A stretch of DNA of 37,441 bases from an uncultured Gammaproteobacteria bacterium. GTDB taxonomy: Bacteria > Patescibacteriota > Microgenomatia > UBA1406 > GWC2-37-13. Below are positions 1-7,875 of this stretch, piece by piece; within the stretch, counting starts at the first letter, position 1; each line of letters opens with the position of its first letter. The stretch covers positions 1 to 37,441 of the forward strand of contig CAZUEQ010000002.1 in NCBI GenBank assembly GCA_964619475.1. Direction: 5' to 3'. The notes beneath the pieces are model-generated. The model saw only the letters and a list, made by a program, of their open reading frames with translations. It was not told where the DNA came from and did not search any database. Position numbers and translations under genes: made by a program.

Positions 1-1
1 A

Positions 2-160
2 CCTGGAAGAGTTTTTAAAGGAAAAAGAATGGCTGGAAGAATGGGAAATGACACAGTAACCCTTCCTAATTGTTCAGTGGTTGAAATAAAAGACAACGGA
101 ATCGTTATCAAAGGTTTAGTAGCCGGACCGATAGGTGGTTTGGTACGCATACGCAAATGA
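2..160 (+). CDS. rplC: 50S ribosomal protein uL3, C-terminal fragment (gene starts upstream of the window)
   Basis: An open frame enters from the left edge and translates as [52 protein letters not shown]. It has the KGKxMAGxMG motif typical of the uL3 C-terminus. Its TGA stop overlaps the rplD ATG (ATGA at 157-160). Confidence 0.85.
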   Translation, partial: PGRVFKGKRMAGRMGNDTVTLPNCSVVEIKDNGIVIKGLVAGPIGGLVRIRK

Positions 161-816
161 CAACAACAAAAAAAGCAGTAACTTCAGAGATACTTTCCTA
201 TTCAGTTGATGGAAAAGAAAGCGAAGTAGCAAAAAATACAACAAAACTGTTTGACTTAAAACCAAACAAGGTTCTTCTTGCTCAATATAACAGAGTATAT
301 CTTGCAAATCAGCGTCAAGGAAATGCGTCAGCAAAAACACGTGCCGAAGTTGCCGGAACAACAAAGAAAATATATAAACAAAAAGGAACGGGAAAAGCAC
401 GACACGGATCAATGAAAGCCCCCATCTTTAAGGGTGGAGGAGTAGTCGGAGGTCCAAAACCACACGAATTCAGACTTTCCATTTCCAAAGAACAAAGAAA
501 AAAAGCAATGCAAAGCGCTCTCGCATATCAAGCTCAAGAAAATGCAATTTCTTTGGTAAATGATGATATTTTGAAGCTTGAAGCAAAGACAAAGAATATG
601 CTTACCTTCTTGGTAGGAGCAAAATTGGAAAATAAAAAGGTACTTTTTGTCCTTCCTGATGCGAAAGCAATAGGACTTATCAGATCAACGCAGAATTTGA
701 AAGATGTAACATGCACCCATCTTGGTGAGGTGAATGTGTTCGATATCTTAAACGCACAACATATAGTAATTGTCGCAGAGGCATTTAAGACCTTGCAACA
801 CACATATTTCGCATGA
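157..816 (+). CDS. rplD: 50S ribosomal protein uL4
   Basis: 219-aa ORF containing [26 protein letters not shown], the uL4 signature. It sits between L3 and L23. Confidence 0.93.
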   Translation: MTTTKKAVTSEILSYSVDGKESEVAKNTTKLFDLKPNKVLLAQYNRVYLANQRQGNASAKTRAEVAGTTKKIYKQKGTGKARHGSMKAPIFKGGGVVGGPKPHEFRLSISKEQRKKAMQSALAYQAQENAISLVNDDILKLEAKTKNMLTFLVGAKLENKKVLFVLPDAKAIGLIRSTQNLKDVTCTHLGEVNVFDILNAQHIVIVAEAFKTLQHTYFA

Positions 817-1097
817 AAAACACTATTTTAATTTCACCAATCGTAACGGAAAAAGCAACTGCCAATGCACAAAAGAACGTATATGGATTTGTCGTTGCAA
901 AAGATGCGACAAAAAATTCAGTTCGTCAAGCAGTCACTTCCTATTACAACGTTGAAGTAGGAAACGTCCGCATCGTTGTCAGAAAAGGAAAAGTACAGCG
1001 AGTGGGACGACGAATGACACCAAAAAAACATGCTGATAAAAAAATTGCACTTGTTCAAGTGACAAAAGGGTCTATTAGTCTATTTCCGAAGGCATAA
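813..1097 (+). CDS. rplW: 50S ribosomal protein uL23
   Basis: 94 aa beginning ILISPIVTEKAT...YGFVV. It overlaps rplD by 4 nt and has the canonical position before rplB. Confidence 0.9.
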   Translation: MKNTILISPIVTEKATANAQKNVYGFVVAKDATKNSVRQAVTSYYNVEVGNVRIVVRKGKVQRVGRRMTPKKHADKKIALVQVTKGSISLFPKA

Positions 1098-1112
1098 AAA
1101 TACAAAGAAACT

Positions 1113-1874
1113 ATGGAACAATTAAATAATAAACAACCGGAAAAAAATCTTATAACAATCCTGAAGAAGAATTCAGGGCGCAATAATGCGGGAAGAATTA
1201 CTGTACGTCATCAGGGAGGAAGACAGAAGAGATATTATCGTGAAATAGACTTCAAAAGAGACAAAAAAGATATAAAAGGGACTGTTATGACAATGGAATA
1301 TGATCCAAATAGAAATGCACGCGTATGTCTTGTTGAATATACAGATGGAGAAAAAAGATATATTCTGCAGCCAAAAGATATTAAAATCGGAGATGTGATT
1401 TCATCCGGAGAAAAAGCAGATCTTAAACCAGGAAACGCACTTCCTTTACGACTTATCCCAATCGGAATTGAAGTTCACAATATCGAATTGTTTGCAGGAC
1501 AGGGAGGAAAGCTTGTTCGTGGTGCAGGAACTGCAGCAATTGTCATCGCAAAAGAAGAGCCATTCATTCATGTCAAGTTGCCTTCAGGCATCGTTCGAAA
1601 ATGCTTCGGCGATTGTTATGCAACTGTCGGAATGATCGGAAATATTGAACACAAAGATAGAATATTAGGGAAGGCTGGAACGAGTCGACACATGGGTATT
1701 CGTCCAACCGTCAGAGGAACTGCACAAGATCCTCGCTCACATCCACATGGTGGAGGTGAAGGAAGAAGTGGAGAAGGTATGCATCCAAAGACGCCATGGG
1801 GTAAGAGTGCACGTGGAACAAAAACAAGAACGCCTAATAAATGGAGTAATAAATTTATTGTCAAAGCAAAATAA
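1113..1874 (+). CDS. rplB: 50S ribosomal protein uL2
   Basis: 253 aa with the motifs GRNNAGRITVRHQGGRQKRYYREIDFKR, IHNIEL..GQGGKLVRGAGT and SHPHGGGEGR. Confidence 0.96.
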   Translation: MEQLNNKQPEKNLITILKKNSGRNNAGRITVRHQGGRQKRYYREIDFKRDKKDIKGTVMTMEYDPNRNARVCLVEYTDGEKRYILQPKDIKIGDVISSGEKADLKPGNALPLRLIPIGIEVHNIELFAGQGGKLVRGAGTAAIVIAKEEPFIHVKLPSGIVRKCFGDCYATVGMIGNIEHKDRILGKAGTSRHMGIRPTVRGTAQDPRSHPHGGGEGRSGEGMHPKTPWGKSARGTKTRTPNKWSNKFIVKAK

Positions 1875-1875
1875 T

Positions 1876-2331
1876 ATGGAAGCAAAAGCATCAGTCATAG
1901 ACGTACACTCAACACCGAAGAAACTTCGTTTTCTCGTTGCTGAGATAAAAAAACTAACCCCAGTGCAGGCAATGGAAAAATTGATGTACTCACCAAGGAA
2001 ATCAGCAAAGATATTGTATAAAGTCATAAAATCAGCGGTAGACAATGCTAAAGCTACTTTACAGATTGATGAACATCTGTTAAAATTTAAGCTCCTAAAG
2101 ATTGATCAAGGACATACATTAAAACGATACAATCCCGGAAGCAGAGGGTCAGCAAAGCCATATCGCAAGCAGTTTGCTCACATCTTTGTTGTGGTGGGAG
2201 CTGATGTTAAACCTTTGAAAAAGAAGTCAGAAGTAAAGAATGTTGAAAAGAAAGAAGAAACAAAGCCAAAAGTATTAAAAGTTGCTAAAAAAACAACCTC
2301 GAAAAAAAAGGTAGCAGTTAAAGAAACATAA
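1876..2331 (+). CDS. rplV: 50S ribosomal protein uL22 with a Lys-rich C-terminal tail
   Basis: I chose the in-frame ATG at 1876 (MEAKASVIDVHSTPKKLRFLVAEIKK...) rather than the track start at 1747, which lies inside rplB. The uL22 core is followed by a basic tail of about 42 aa. Confidence 0.9.
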   Translation: MEAKASVIDVHSTPKKLRFLVAEIKKLTPVQAMEKLMYSPRKSAKILYKVIKSAVDNAKATLQIDEHLLKFKLLKIDQGHTLKRYNPGSRGSAKPYRKQFAHIFVVVGADVKPLKKKSEVKNVEKKEETKPKVLKVAKKTTSKKKVAVKET

Positions 2332-2332
2332 G

Positions 2333-2968
2333 ATGGGACAAAAAGTAGATCCAGTAGGACTAAGAGTAGGAATTACCCGTAATTGGAGTTCCAGATGGTT
2401 TTTTAGTAATAAAAAAACATTTAAAGAAGCTCTTTTGTCCGATATTCTCATTAGAGAGAAATTGCTTGAGAAGTTTAAGTTTGCATCAGTCACAAAGATT
2501 GATATTGAACGAGCGATAAAAAAGGTTTCTGCAATTATTTATGCAGTAAAACCAGGAATGATAATCGGACGAGGGGGAAAGGGACTTGAAGAAGTAAAAA
2601 AATATATTATTGCTGGAGCAGATAAGAAAACAAACCAAGAATTAAAAGTAGAAATAAAGCTTGAACCCGTAAAGAAGCCGTATTTAAGTGCTTATTACGT
2701 TGCTCAGAATGTTGCAGAAAAGCTTGTAAAGGGTTTTTCACACAGATCAACAATCCATCACACGATGGATAGAGTAATGGAGTCCGGAGCAAAGGGAGTC
2801 AAAATTCAAATTGGAGGAAGAATTAACGGAGCGGAAATCTCAAGAAGAGAGAAATATTTTCAAGGAACCATTCCGGCTTCCACCATTCGTGAAGATGTTG
2901 ACTTTGCCCGTTTTCCAGCCTTGACAAAGTCAGGTTATGTGGGAGTAAAAGTTTGGATTTGTAGATAA
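2333..2968 (+). CDS. rpsC: 30S ribosomal protein uS3
   Basis: 211 aa beginning MGQKVDPVGLRVGITRNWSSRWF, with the KH-domain motif GMIIGRGGKGLE. Confidence 0.96.
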   Translation: MGQKVDPVGLRVGITRNWSSRWFFSNKKTFKEALLSDILIREKLLEKFKFASVTKIDIERAIKKVSAIIYAVKPGMIIGRGGKGLEEVKKYIIAGADKKTNQELKVEIKLEPVKKPYLSAYYVAQNVAEKLVKGFSHRSTIHHTMDRVMESGAKGVKIQIGGRINGAEISRREKYFQGTIPASTIREDVDFARFPALTKSGYVGVKVWICR

Positions 2969-2975
2969 CAATACT

Positions 2976-3386
2976 ATGTTGGCACCAAAAAGACAAAAAT
3001 ACAGAAAACAATTCAGAGGAATATGGAGAAAATCAGCCATGAAAGGTGAGAAAGTATCCTTTGGATCTGTCGGTCTGAAAGCAATGGGAAAAGCATGGGT
3101 AAAAGACAGAGAAATTGAAGCGGTCCGCGTTATTTTAGCTCGTGCGACACGCAAGATGGGTAAGTTCTGGATTCGCATTTTTCCTGATAAACCATTTTCT
3201 AAGAAACCACCGGAAGTAACCATGGGTGCAGGAAAAGGAGATGTTGCGTTTTTCGTTGCATCAGTTGTTCCTGGAAAAGTAATGTTTGAAATTGACGGAT
3301 TAACAGTTGCCGAATCAAGAGAAGTCTTCAGAGTTGTCTCATCGAAATTATCTGTTAAGACAAAAGTAGTAACAAAAGAAATATGA
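2976..3386 (+). CDS. rplP: 50S ribosomal protein uL16
   Basis: 136 aa beginning MLAPKRQKYRKQFRG, with RIFPDKPFSKKPPEVTMGAGKG. Confidence 0.96.
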   Translation: MLAPKRQKYRKQFRGIWRKSAMKGEKVSFGSVGLKAMGKAWVKDREIEAVRVILARATRKMGKFWIRIFPDKPFSKKPPEVTMGAGKGDVAFFVASVVPGKVMFEIDGLTVAESREVFRVVSSKLSVKTKVVTKEI

Positions 3387-3580
3387 AAAAATTAATGAAA
3401 GAGACAACCGGAAAGACAGAGCAAGAATTGGTCTCATCCATTCAGGCCTTGCGTCTTGAAATCGCAAAACTGAACGTTGAAAGATCAACAACACAACCGA
3501 AGAACACAAATATAATCAGCAACAAAAAAAGGCAATTAGCAGTTCTTTTGACAGTATTAGGTCAAAAGAGAGATAAGTAA
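3383..3580 (+). CDS. rpmC: 50S ribosomal protein uL29
   Basis: 65-aa helical protein (ELVSSIQALRLEIAKLNVE). It overlaps rplP by 4 nt and has the canonical position. Confidence 0.88.
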   Translation: MKKLMKETTGKTEQELVSSIQALRLEIAKLNVERSTTQPKNTNIISNKKRQLAVLLTVLGQKRDK

Positions 3581-3584
3581 TTTT

Positions 3585-3821
3585 ATGGCACGCACTCTTA
3601 TAGGAAAAGTGGTATCAGACAAAATGCAAAAAACAGTAGTAGTGTCTGTCGAAAGAAAGTTTCGACATGCAAAGTATGACAAAGTCATCATCAGACACAA
3701 GAAATACAAGGCACATAATGAACAAAAAAATATTAGTGTTGGAGACATGGTAGAAATGACAGAAACAAGACCGATGTCTTGTGAAAAGAGATTTATAGTT
3801 ACAAAGAAAATTGCAGAATAA
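3585..3821 (+). CDS. rpsQ: 30S ribosomal protein uS17
   Basis: 78 aa: LIGKVVSDKMQKTVVVSVERKFRHAKYDKVIIRHKKYKAHN. Confidence 0.94.
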   Translation: MARTLIGKVVSDKMQKTVVVSVERKFRHAKYDKVIIRHKKYKAHNEQKNISVGDMVEMTETRPMSCEKRFIVTKKIAE

Positions 3822-3842
3822 TTACTATTTGAGAAGAACGAT

Positions 3843-4217
3843 ATGATACAACTGAGAACACTATTGACGGTAGCAGATAATAGCGGCGCAAAAAAAGCCA
3901 TCATGATCGGAATGCCGGGAAAAGGAAACAGAAAATATGCATACGTGGGCGAAATCATCAATATCGCTATAAAAGATGCAATTCCTTACGGTCAAGTAAA
4001 ACAAGGTGAAGTCATGTCGGCTGTCGTAGTTCGAACACACAAAGAATACGGACGAAAAGACGGAAGTTATATTCGATTTGACGACAATGCTTGTGCAATT
4101 TTGCAGGCAAAGGATAACAAAGATCCAAAAGGCACACGTATTTTCGGACCCATTGCAAAAGAAGTGAAAGAAAATGGGTTTCACAAAATTGCAAGCCTTG
4201 CGGAAGAAATGTATTAA
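3843..4217 (+). CDS. rplN: 50S ribosomal protein uL14
   Basis: 124 aa: MIQLRTLLTVADNSGAKK...IRFDDNACAIL. Confidence 0.96.
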   Translation: MIQLRTLLTVADNSGAKKAIMIGMPGKGNRKYAYVGEIINIAIKDAIPYGQVKQGEVMSAVVVRTHKEYGRKDGSYIRFDDNACAILQAKDNKDPKGTRIFGPIAKEVKENGFHKIASLAEEMY

Positions 4218-4253
4218 TTGATGCAAGGGGATTACTATTTAACTATAAGAAAA

Positions 4254-4559
4254 ATGAAAATAAGAAAAAATGACAAAGTTTTGATAACGACAGGCAAAGA
4301 CAAAGGAAGAGATGGCGTTGTTGAAAAAGTGTACATAAAGCAGGAAACAGTATTGATTCCTGGATTGAATCTTTTCAAAAAACACATGAGAAAAAGTGAA
4401 CAGATGCCAAAGGGTGGTATCGTTGAAGTTCCAAGACCGATTGGAGTTGCAAAATTAAGCCTTATTTGCCCAAAATGCAAGAAGCCAACAAGAGTAGGAT
4501 TCCAAATTGAAGACGGAAAAAAACACAGAGTTTGTAAAAAATGTAAAAGCATTATCTAA
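4254..4559 (+). CDS. rplX: 50S ribosomal protein uL24 (C-terminal CxxC...CxxC form)
   Basis: I chose the ATG at 4254 (MKIRKNDKVLITTGKDKGRDG, a typical uL24 N-terminus) over the track start at 4218. The C-terminus carries CPKC...CKKC. Confidence 0.92.
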   Translation: MKIRKNDKVLITTGKDKGRDGVVEKVYIKQETVLIPGLNLFKKHMRKSEQMPKGGIVEVPRPIGVAKLSLICPKCKKPTRVGFQIEDGKKHRVCKKCKSII

Positions 4560-4560
4560 T

Positions 4561-5106
4561 ATGTCACCTATGTCATTTAAAGAATATTTCACAAAAGAAA
4601 TAAAACCAGCACTTATGAAAGAACTCAAGTGCACAAACGTGCATGCAGTTCCTTCGTTCGTTAAAGTAGTTATCAACGTCGGTGCCGGTGAAGCAGTCAC
4701 GAATAAAGGTGCCATTGCTAAAATTCAGGAACAAATCAGTCTTATCGCAGGGCAAAAAGCAGTCATTACAAAAGCTCGTAAATCAGTTTCAGCGTTCAAA
4801 ATCAGACAAGGACTCCCGATCGGAGTAAAAGTCACATTGCGCGGAGACAAGATGTATGAATTTTTGCAAAAACTGGTTACCATCGTTATTCCTGGATTTA
4901 GAGACTTTAGAGGAATTGAACCAAGTGTTGTTGATCAGCATGGAAATTTGAACTTAGGATTGACAGAACAGACACTCTTTCCTGAAATTGAATATGACAA
5001 AATCGACAAAGTAAGAGGATTGCAAGTAACTGTCGTAACGACAGCAAAAGATAAGAATGAAGGTATGGCACTATTTCAGAAATTGGGAATACCATTTAAA
5101 AAATAA
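4561..5106 (+). CDS. rplE: 50S ribosomal protein uL5
   Basis: I chose the ATG at 4561, just after the rplX stop. The protein reads FKEYFTKEIKPALMKELKCTNVHAVPSFVKVVINVG...FPEIEYDKID. Confidence 0.95.
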   Translation: MSPMSFKEYFTKEIKPALMKELKCTNVHAVPSFVKVVINVGAGEAVTNKGAIAKIQEQISLIAGQKAVITKARKSVSAFKIRQGLPIGVKVTLRGDKMYEFLQKLVTIVIPGFRDFRGIEPSVVDQHGNLNLGLTEQTLFPEIEYDKIDKVRGLQVTVVTTAKDKNEGMALFQKLGIPFKK

Positions 5107-5115
5107 TCAGAATCT

Positions 5116-5301
5116 ATGGCAAAAACATCGGATGAAGTAAAATTTAAGAAGAAACAAAAATACGCGGTTCGCAACAAGAACAGATGTCAGGTATGTGGAC
5201 GATCACGCGGATACATGCGCAGATTTGGAATTTGCAGAATTTGCTTTAGAAGGAGAGCGTTAGATGGAGAGATTCCTGGAGTTAGAAAAATTTCTTGGTA
5301 A
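5116..5301 (+). CDS. rpsN: 30S ribosomal protein uS14, short zinc-binding type Z
   Basis: 61 aa with [22 protein letters not shown], ending in W. Confidence 0.95.
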   Translation: MAKTSDEVKFKKKQKYAVRNKNRCQVCGRSRGYMRRFGICRICFRRRALDGEIPGVRKISW

Positions 5302-5315
5302 TTCGACTATAGAAT

Positions 5316-5600
5316 ATGAGTAGATCACTAAAAAAAGGTCCGTATATCGATGAAAATCTCATGAAAAAAGTCATGAGTCAGAAAAAAGGTTCTGATAGAA
5401 GTGCTTTAAAAACATGGGCACGCGATTCTCAAATAGCTCCTGAGTTTGTGGGACATAGAATTGCCATTCATAACGGTCGAAAATTTCCAGAAATCTTGAT
5501 TACAGAAGCAATGGTGGGACTTCGTTTGGGAGAATTCTCTCCAACGAGAACATTTAGAGGACATGGAAAAATTACAAAACGTACAGCAGATAAAACTTAA
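5316..5600 (+). CDS. rpsS: 30S ribosomal protein uS19 (in a non-canonical position)
   Basis: 94 aa: MSRSLKKGPYID...IAIHNGRKF...MVGLRLGEFSPTRTFRGHG. This aligns along its whole length with my recollection of bacterial uS19. Confidence 0.95.
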   Translation: MSRSLKKGPYIDENLMKKVMSQKKGSDRSALKTWARDSQIAPEFVGHRIAIHNGRKFPEILITEAMVGLRLGEFSPTRTFRGHGKITKRTADKT

Positions 5601-5619
5601 TAATTGATGACATGACCAT

Positions 5620-6009
5620 ATGATGAACGATCCAATAATTGACATGATAATCAGAATAAAGAACGGATACATGACAAAAAACGAGTCTGTTGAAGTTCCT
5701 CACTCTAAATATAGAGAATCTGTACTGAAGAAATTGCAGGAAGCAAAATATATCAAAGGATTTGAGGTTGAGGGAGATACGATAAAAAAAATAGTTATCG
5801 AACTTGCATATGTCAATAACGAACCGGCCCTCACCGATTTGAAGATCGTGTCAAAGCCTGGAAAACGCACCTATGTCGCATATAAGGATTTGAAATCAGT
5901 TATGAGCGGAATGGGATGTTCGTTCCTTTCGACTCCAAAGGGGATAATGACGAATAGAGACGCACGAAAGAATAAGCTTGGAGGAGAATTATTATTTTTG
6001 GTCTGGTAA
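5620..6009 (+). CDS. rpsH: 30S ribosomal protein uS8
   Basis: 129 aa: MMNDPIIDMIIRIKNG...GGELLFLVW. Confidence 0.95.
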   Translation: MMNDPIIDMIIRIKNGYMTKNESVEVPHSKYRESVLKKLQEAKYIKGFEVEGDTIKKIVIELAYVNNEPALTDLKIVSKPGKRTYVAYKDLKSVMSGMGCSFLSTPKGIMTNRDARKNKLGGELLFLVW

Positions 6010-6013
6010 TCAT

Positions 6014-6565
6014 ATGTCAAAAATTGGACAACAATCAATAACAGTTTCCCCAACCGTAACAGTAACGGTACAAGACGTGAATGTGACGGTAAAAGGAAAA
6101 GAAGGAACGGTTTCATTCACACTTCCATCTGGAATACGATGTGAAAAGGATGCAACAACTAACGAATATCATATTGTCAGACGAAATGACACAAAAGAAA
6201 TGAAGTCATTGCACGGATTGTGGAGAAGCCTTATTGCGAACGCAGTCACAGGTGTTGAAAAACCATGGGAAAAGAAATTAGAGGTTGTCGGAACCGGATT
6301 TAACGTAAAAATGCAGGGTCAAGACCTCGTATTTAAAGTGGGGTATTCACATCCCGTCGTCTTTAAAAAAGTGGATGCAATAAAATTTGTCGTTGATGGA
6401 AATACAAAAATAACGATTAGTGGAGTCGATAAGCAGTTGGTTGGAGAAATCGCCCACAAGATAAAAATGATAAAGAAACCAGACGCATATAAAGGAAAAG
6501 GTATTAAATATGAAGGAGAAAAATTAAGAATTAAGCCAGGAAAGAAAGCAAAGGCGGCAGCATAA
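6014..6565 (+). CDS. rplF: 50S ribosomal protein uL6
   Basis: I chose the ATG at 6014 (MSKIGQQSITV...), after the rpsH stop. The protein contains GVDKQLVGEIAHKIKMIKKPDAYKGKGIKYEGE. Confidence 0.94.
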   Translation: MSKIGQQSITVSPTVTVTVQDVNVTVKGKEGTVSFTLPSGIRCEKDATTNEYHIVRRNDTKEMKSLHGLWRSLIANAVTGVEKPWEKKLEVVGTGFNVKMQGQDLVFKVGYSHPVVFKKVDAIKFVVDGNTKITISGVDKQLVGEIAHKIKMIKKPDAYKGKGIKYEGEKLRIKPGKKAKAAA

Positions 6566-6575
6566 CGCAAATACT

Positions 6576-6923
6576 ATGAAACAACATATCACCTCAAGTC
6601 GAGTAGAACGGAGAAAAAGACGCGTAAGCGCAAACATACACGGAAGCGCAGCATGTCCTCGCATTTCGGTATTTAGATCAAGTAAGTATGTTTATGCACA
6701 AGCAATTGATGATGTAAACAGAGTTACTCTTTGTGCCGCAGGAAGCAAGAAGGTGGAAAAAGCAAAAAAAGCTGATCAATCTTTTGTAACCGGCAAAGAA
6801 CTTGGATTAAAGTTGAAAGAAAAAAATATTGCAAAAGCTGTGTTTGACAGAGGTCCTTATACATACCTTGGGCGAGTGAAGAAACTTGCTGAAGGATTGC
6901 GCGAAGCAGGGATACAGGTTTAA
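6576..6923 (+). CDS. rplR: 50S ribosomal protein uL18
   Basis: 115 aa: PRISVFRSSKYVYAQAIDD...FDRGPYTYLGRVKKLAEGLREAG. Confidence 0.95.
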   Translation: MKQHITSSRVERRKRRVSANIHGSAACPRISVFRSSKYVYAQAIDDVNRVTLCAAGSKKVEKAKKADQSFVTGKELGLKLKEKNIAKAVFDRGPYTYLGRVKKLAEGLREAGIQV

Positions 6924-6949
6924 TAATTTATTAGTAGATACTAGTTGAT

Positions 6950-7432
6950 ATGGCAGAATACAAAGAAGAACAAAAATTGGAGGAACGGATTCTTCAGATA
7001 AAGCGTGTAACGAAGAAAATTACCGGAGGAAGCAGAGTAACATTCACAGCACTTGTTGCGGTCGGTGATCGCAAGGGAAATGTGGGTGTGGGCATGGGAA
7101 AAGGACAAGAAGTTCCTCAAGCTATCCGAAAGGGATTCACAAAAGCCAAAAAAAAGATGATTTCCATTCCCGTCTACAATGGAACCATTCCTCATGAAGT
7201 TCTTTTGAAATATAAAGCGGGCCTTATCTATTTGAAACCTGCTCCACAAGGAACTGGTCTGAAAGTAGGAAGCGTTATTCGCACTCTTTTTGACCTTGCA
7301 GGCGTGTATAATGTATCTGGAAAGATCATTAAATCAAGAAACCAGGTGGTAAACACGTATTTGGTCTTAAAAGCACTCGAATCATTAAAACACAGATCTT
7401 TACCAGTTACTAAAGAAACTAAAAAAGCATGA
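6950..7432 (+). CDS. rpsE: 30S ribosomal protein uS5
   Basis: 160 aa: ILQIKRVTKKITGGSRVTFTALVAVGDRKGNVGVGMGKGQEVPQAIRKG. Confidence 0.95.
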   Translation: MAEYKEEQKLEERILQIKRVTKKITGGSRVTFTALVAVGDRKGNVGVGMGKGQEVPQAIRKGFTKAKKKMISIPVYNGTIPHEVLLKYKAGLIYLKPAPQGTGLKVGSVIRTLFDLAGVYNVSGKIIKSRNQVVNTYLVLKALESLKHRSLPVTKETKKA

Positions 7433-7875
7433 CATCCTTACTTTCTCAATTGCCAACATTGGTATTACATACAAAAAAGCGTGTAGGACGCGGAATCGGA
7501 AGTGGTAAAGGATCAAAATCGGGACGAGGAACCACACGTCACCAGAAAGCACGATCAACCATCCCGCTTAGTTTTGAAGGTGGACAAAACAGATTGGTAA
7601 AACGATTCCCTCTCCTTCGTGGAAAAGGACGAAATAGAGCAATAAAATCCAATAAGTATGTTATATATTCAAGCCAGTTAAATTCATTTGATGATGGAGC
7701 GATTGTTACAATCGAATCTTTACAAAAAATTGGTTTGATTGAACCTGGAGTCAAAAAACCAATTGTTAAATTGATCCAAAAGGGAGAGATTACGAAGAAA
7801 CTGACAGTCGCTTTACTCGTTTCTCAGTCTGTAAAGAAAATGATAGAGAAAGCTGGCGGAACTGTTTCAGTATGA
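7429..7875 (+). CDS. rplO: 50S ribosomal protein uL15
   Basis: 148 aa: KKRVGRGIGSGKGSKSGRGTTRHQKARS. Its ATG overlaps the rpsE stop (ATGA), so no rpmD lies between them. Confidence 0.94.
   Translation: MTSLLSQLPTLVLHTKKRVGRGIGSGKGSKSGRGTTRHQKARSTIPLSFEGGQNRLVKRFPLLRGKGRNRAIKSNKYVIYSSQLNSFDDGAIVTIESLQKIGLIEPGVKKPIVKLIQKGEITKKLTVALLVSQSVKKMIEKAGGTVSV

Noticed and set aside
1747-1875. N-terminally extended ORF-track starts: L22 at 1747, L24 at 4218, L5 at 4507, L6 at 5978, L17 at 14138, IF-1 at 11292, acetyltransferase at 31315, VanW at 33501, SBP at 33376, tpiA at 29619, GT4 at 17464 and the two-TM protein at 27602.
   Set aside because: The extensions overlap the preceding gene or use TTG or GTG. 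Internal ATGs give N-termini that match the conserved family N-termini and abut the upstream stop codons.
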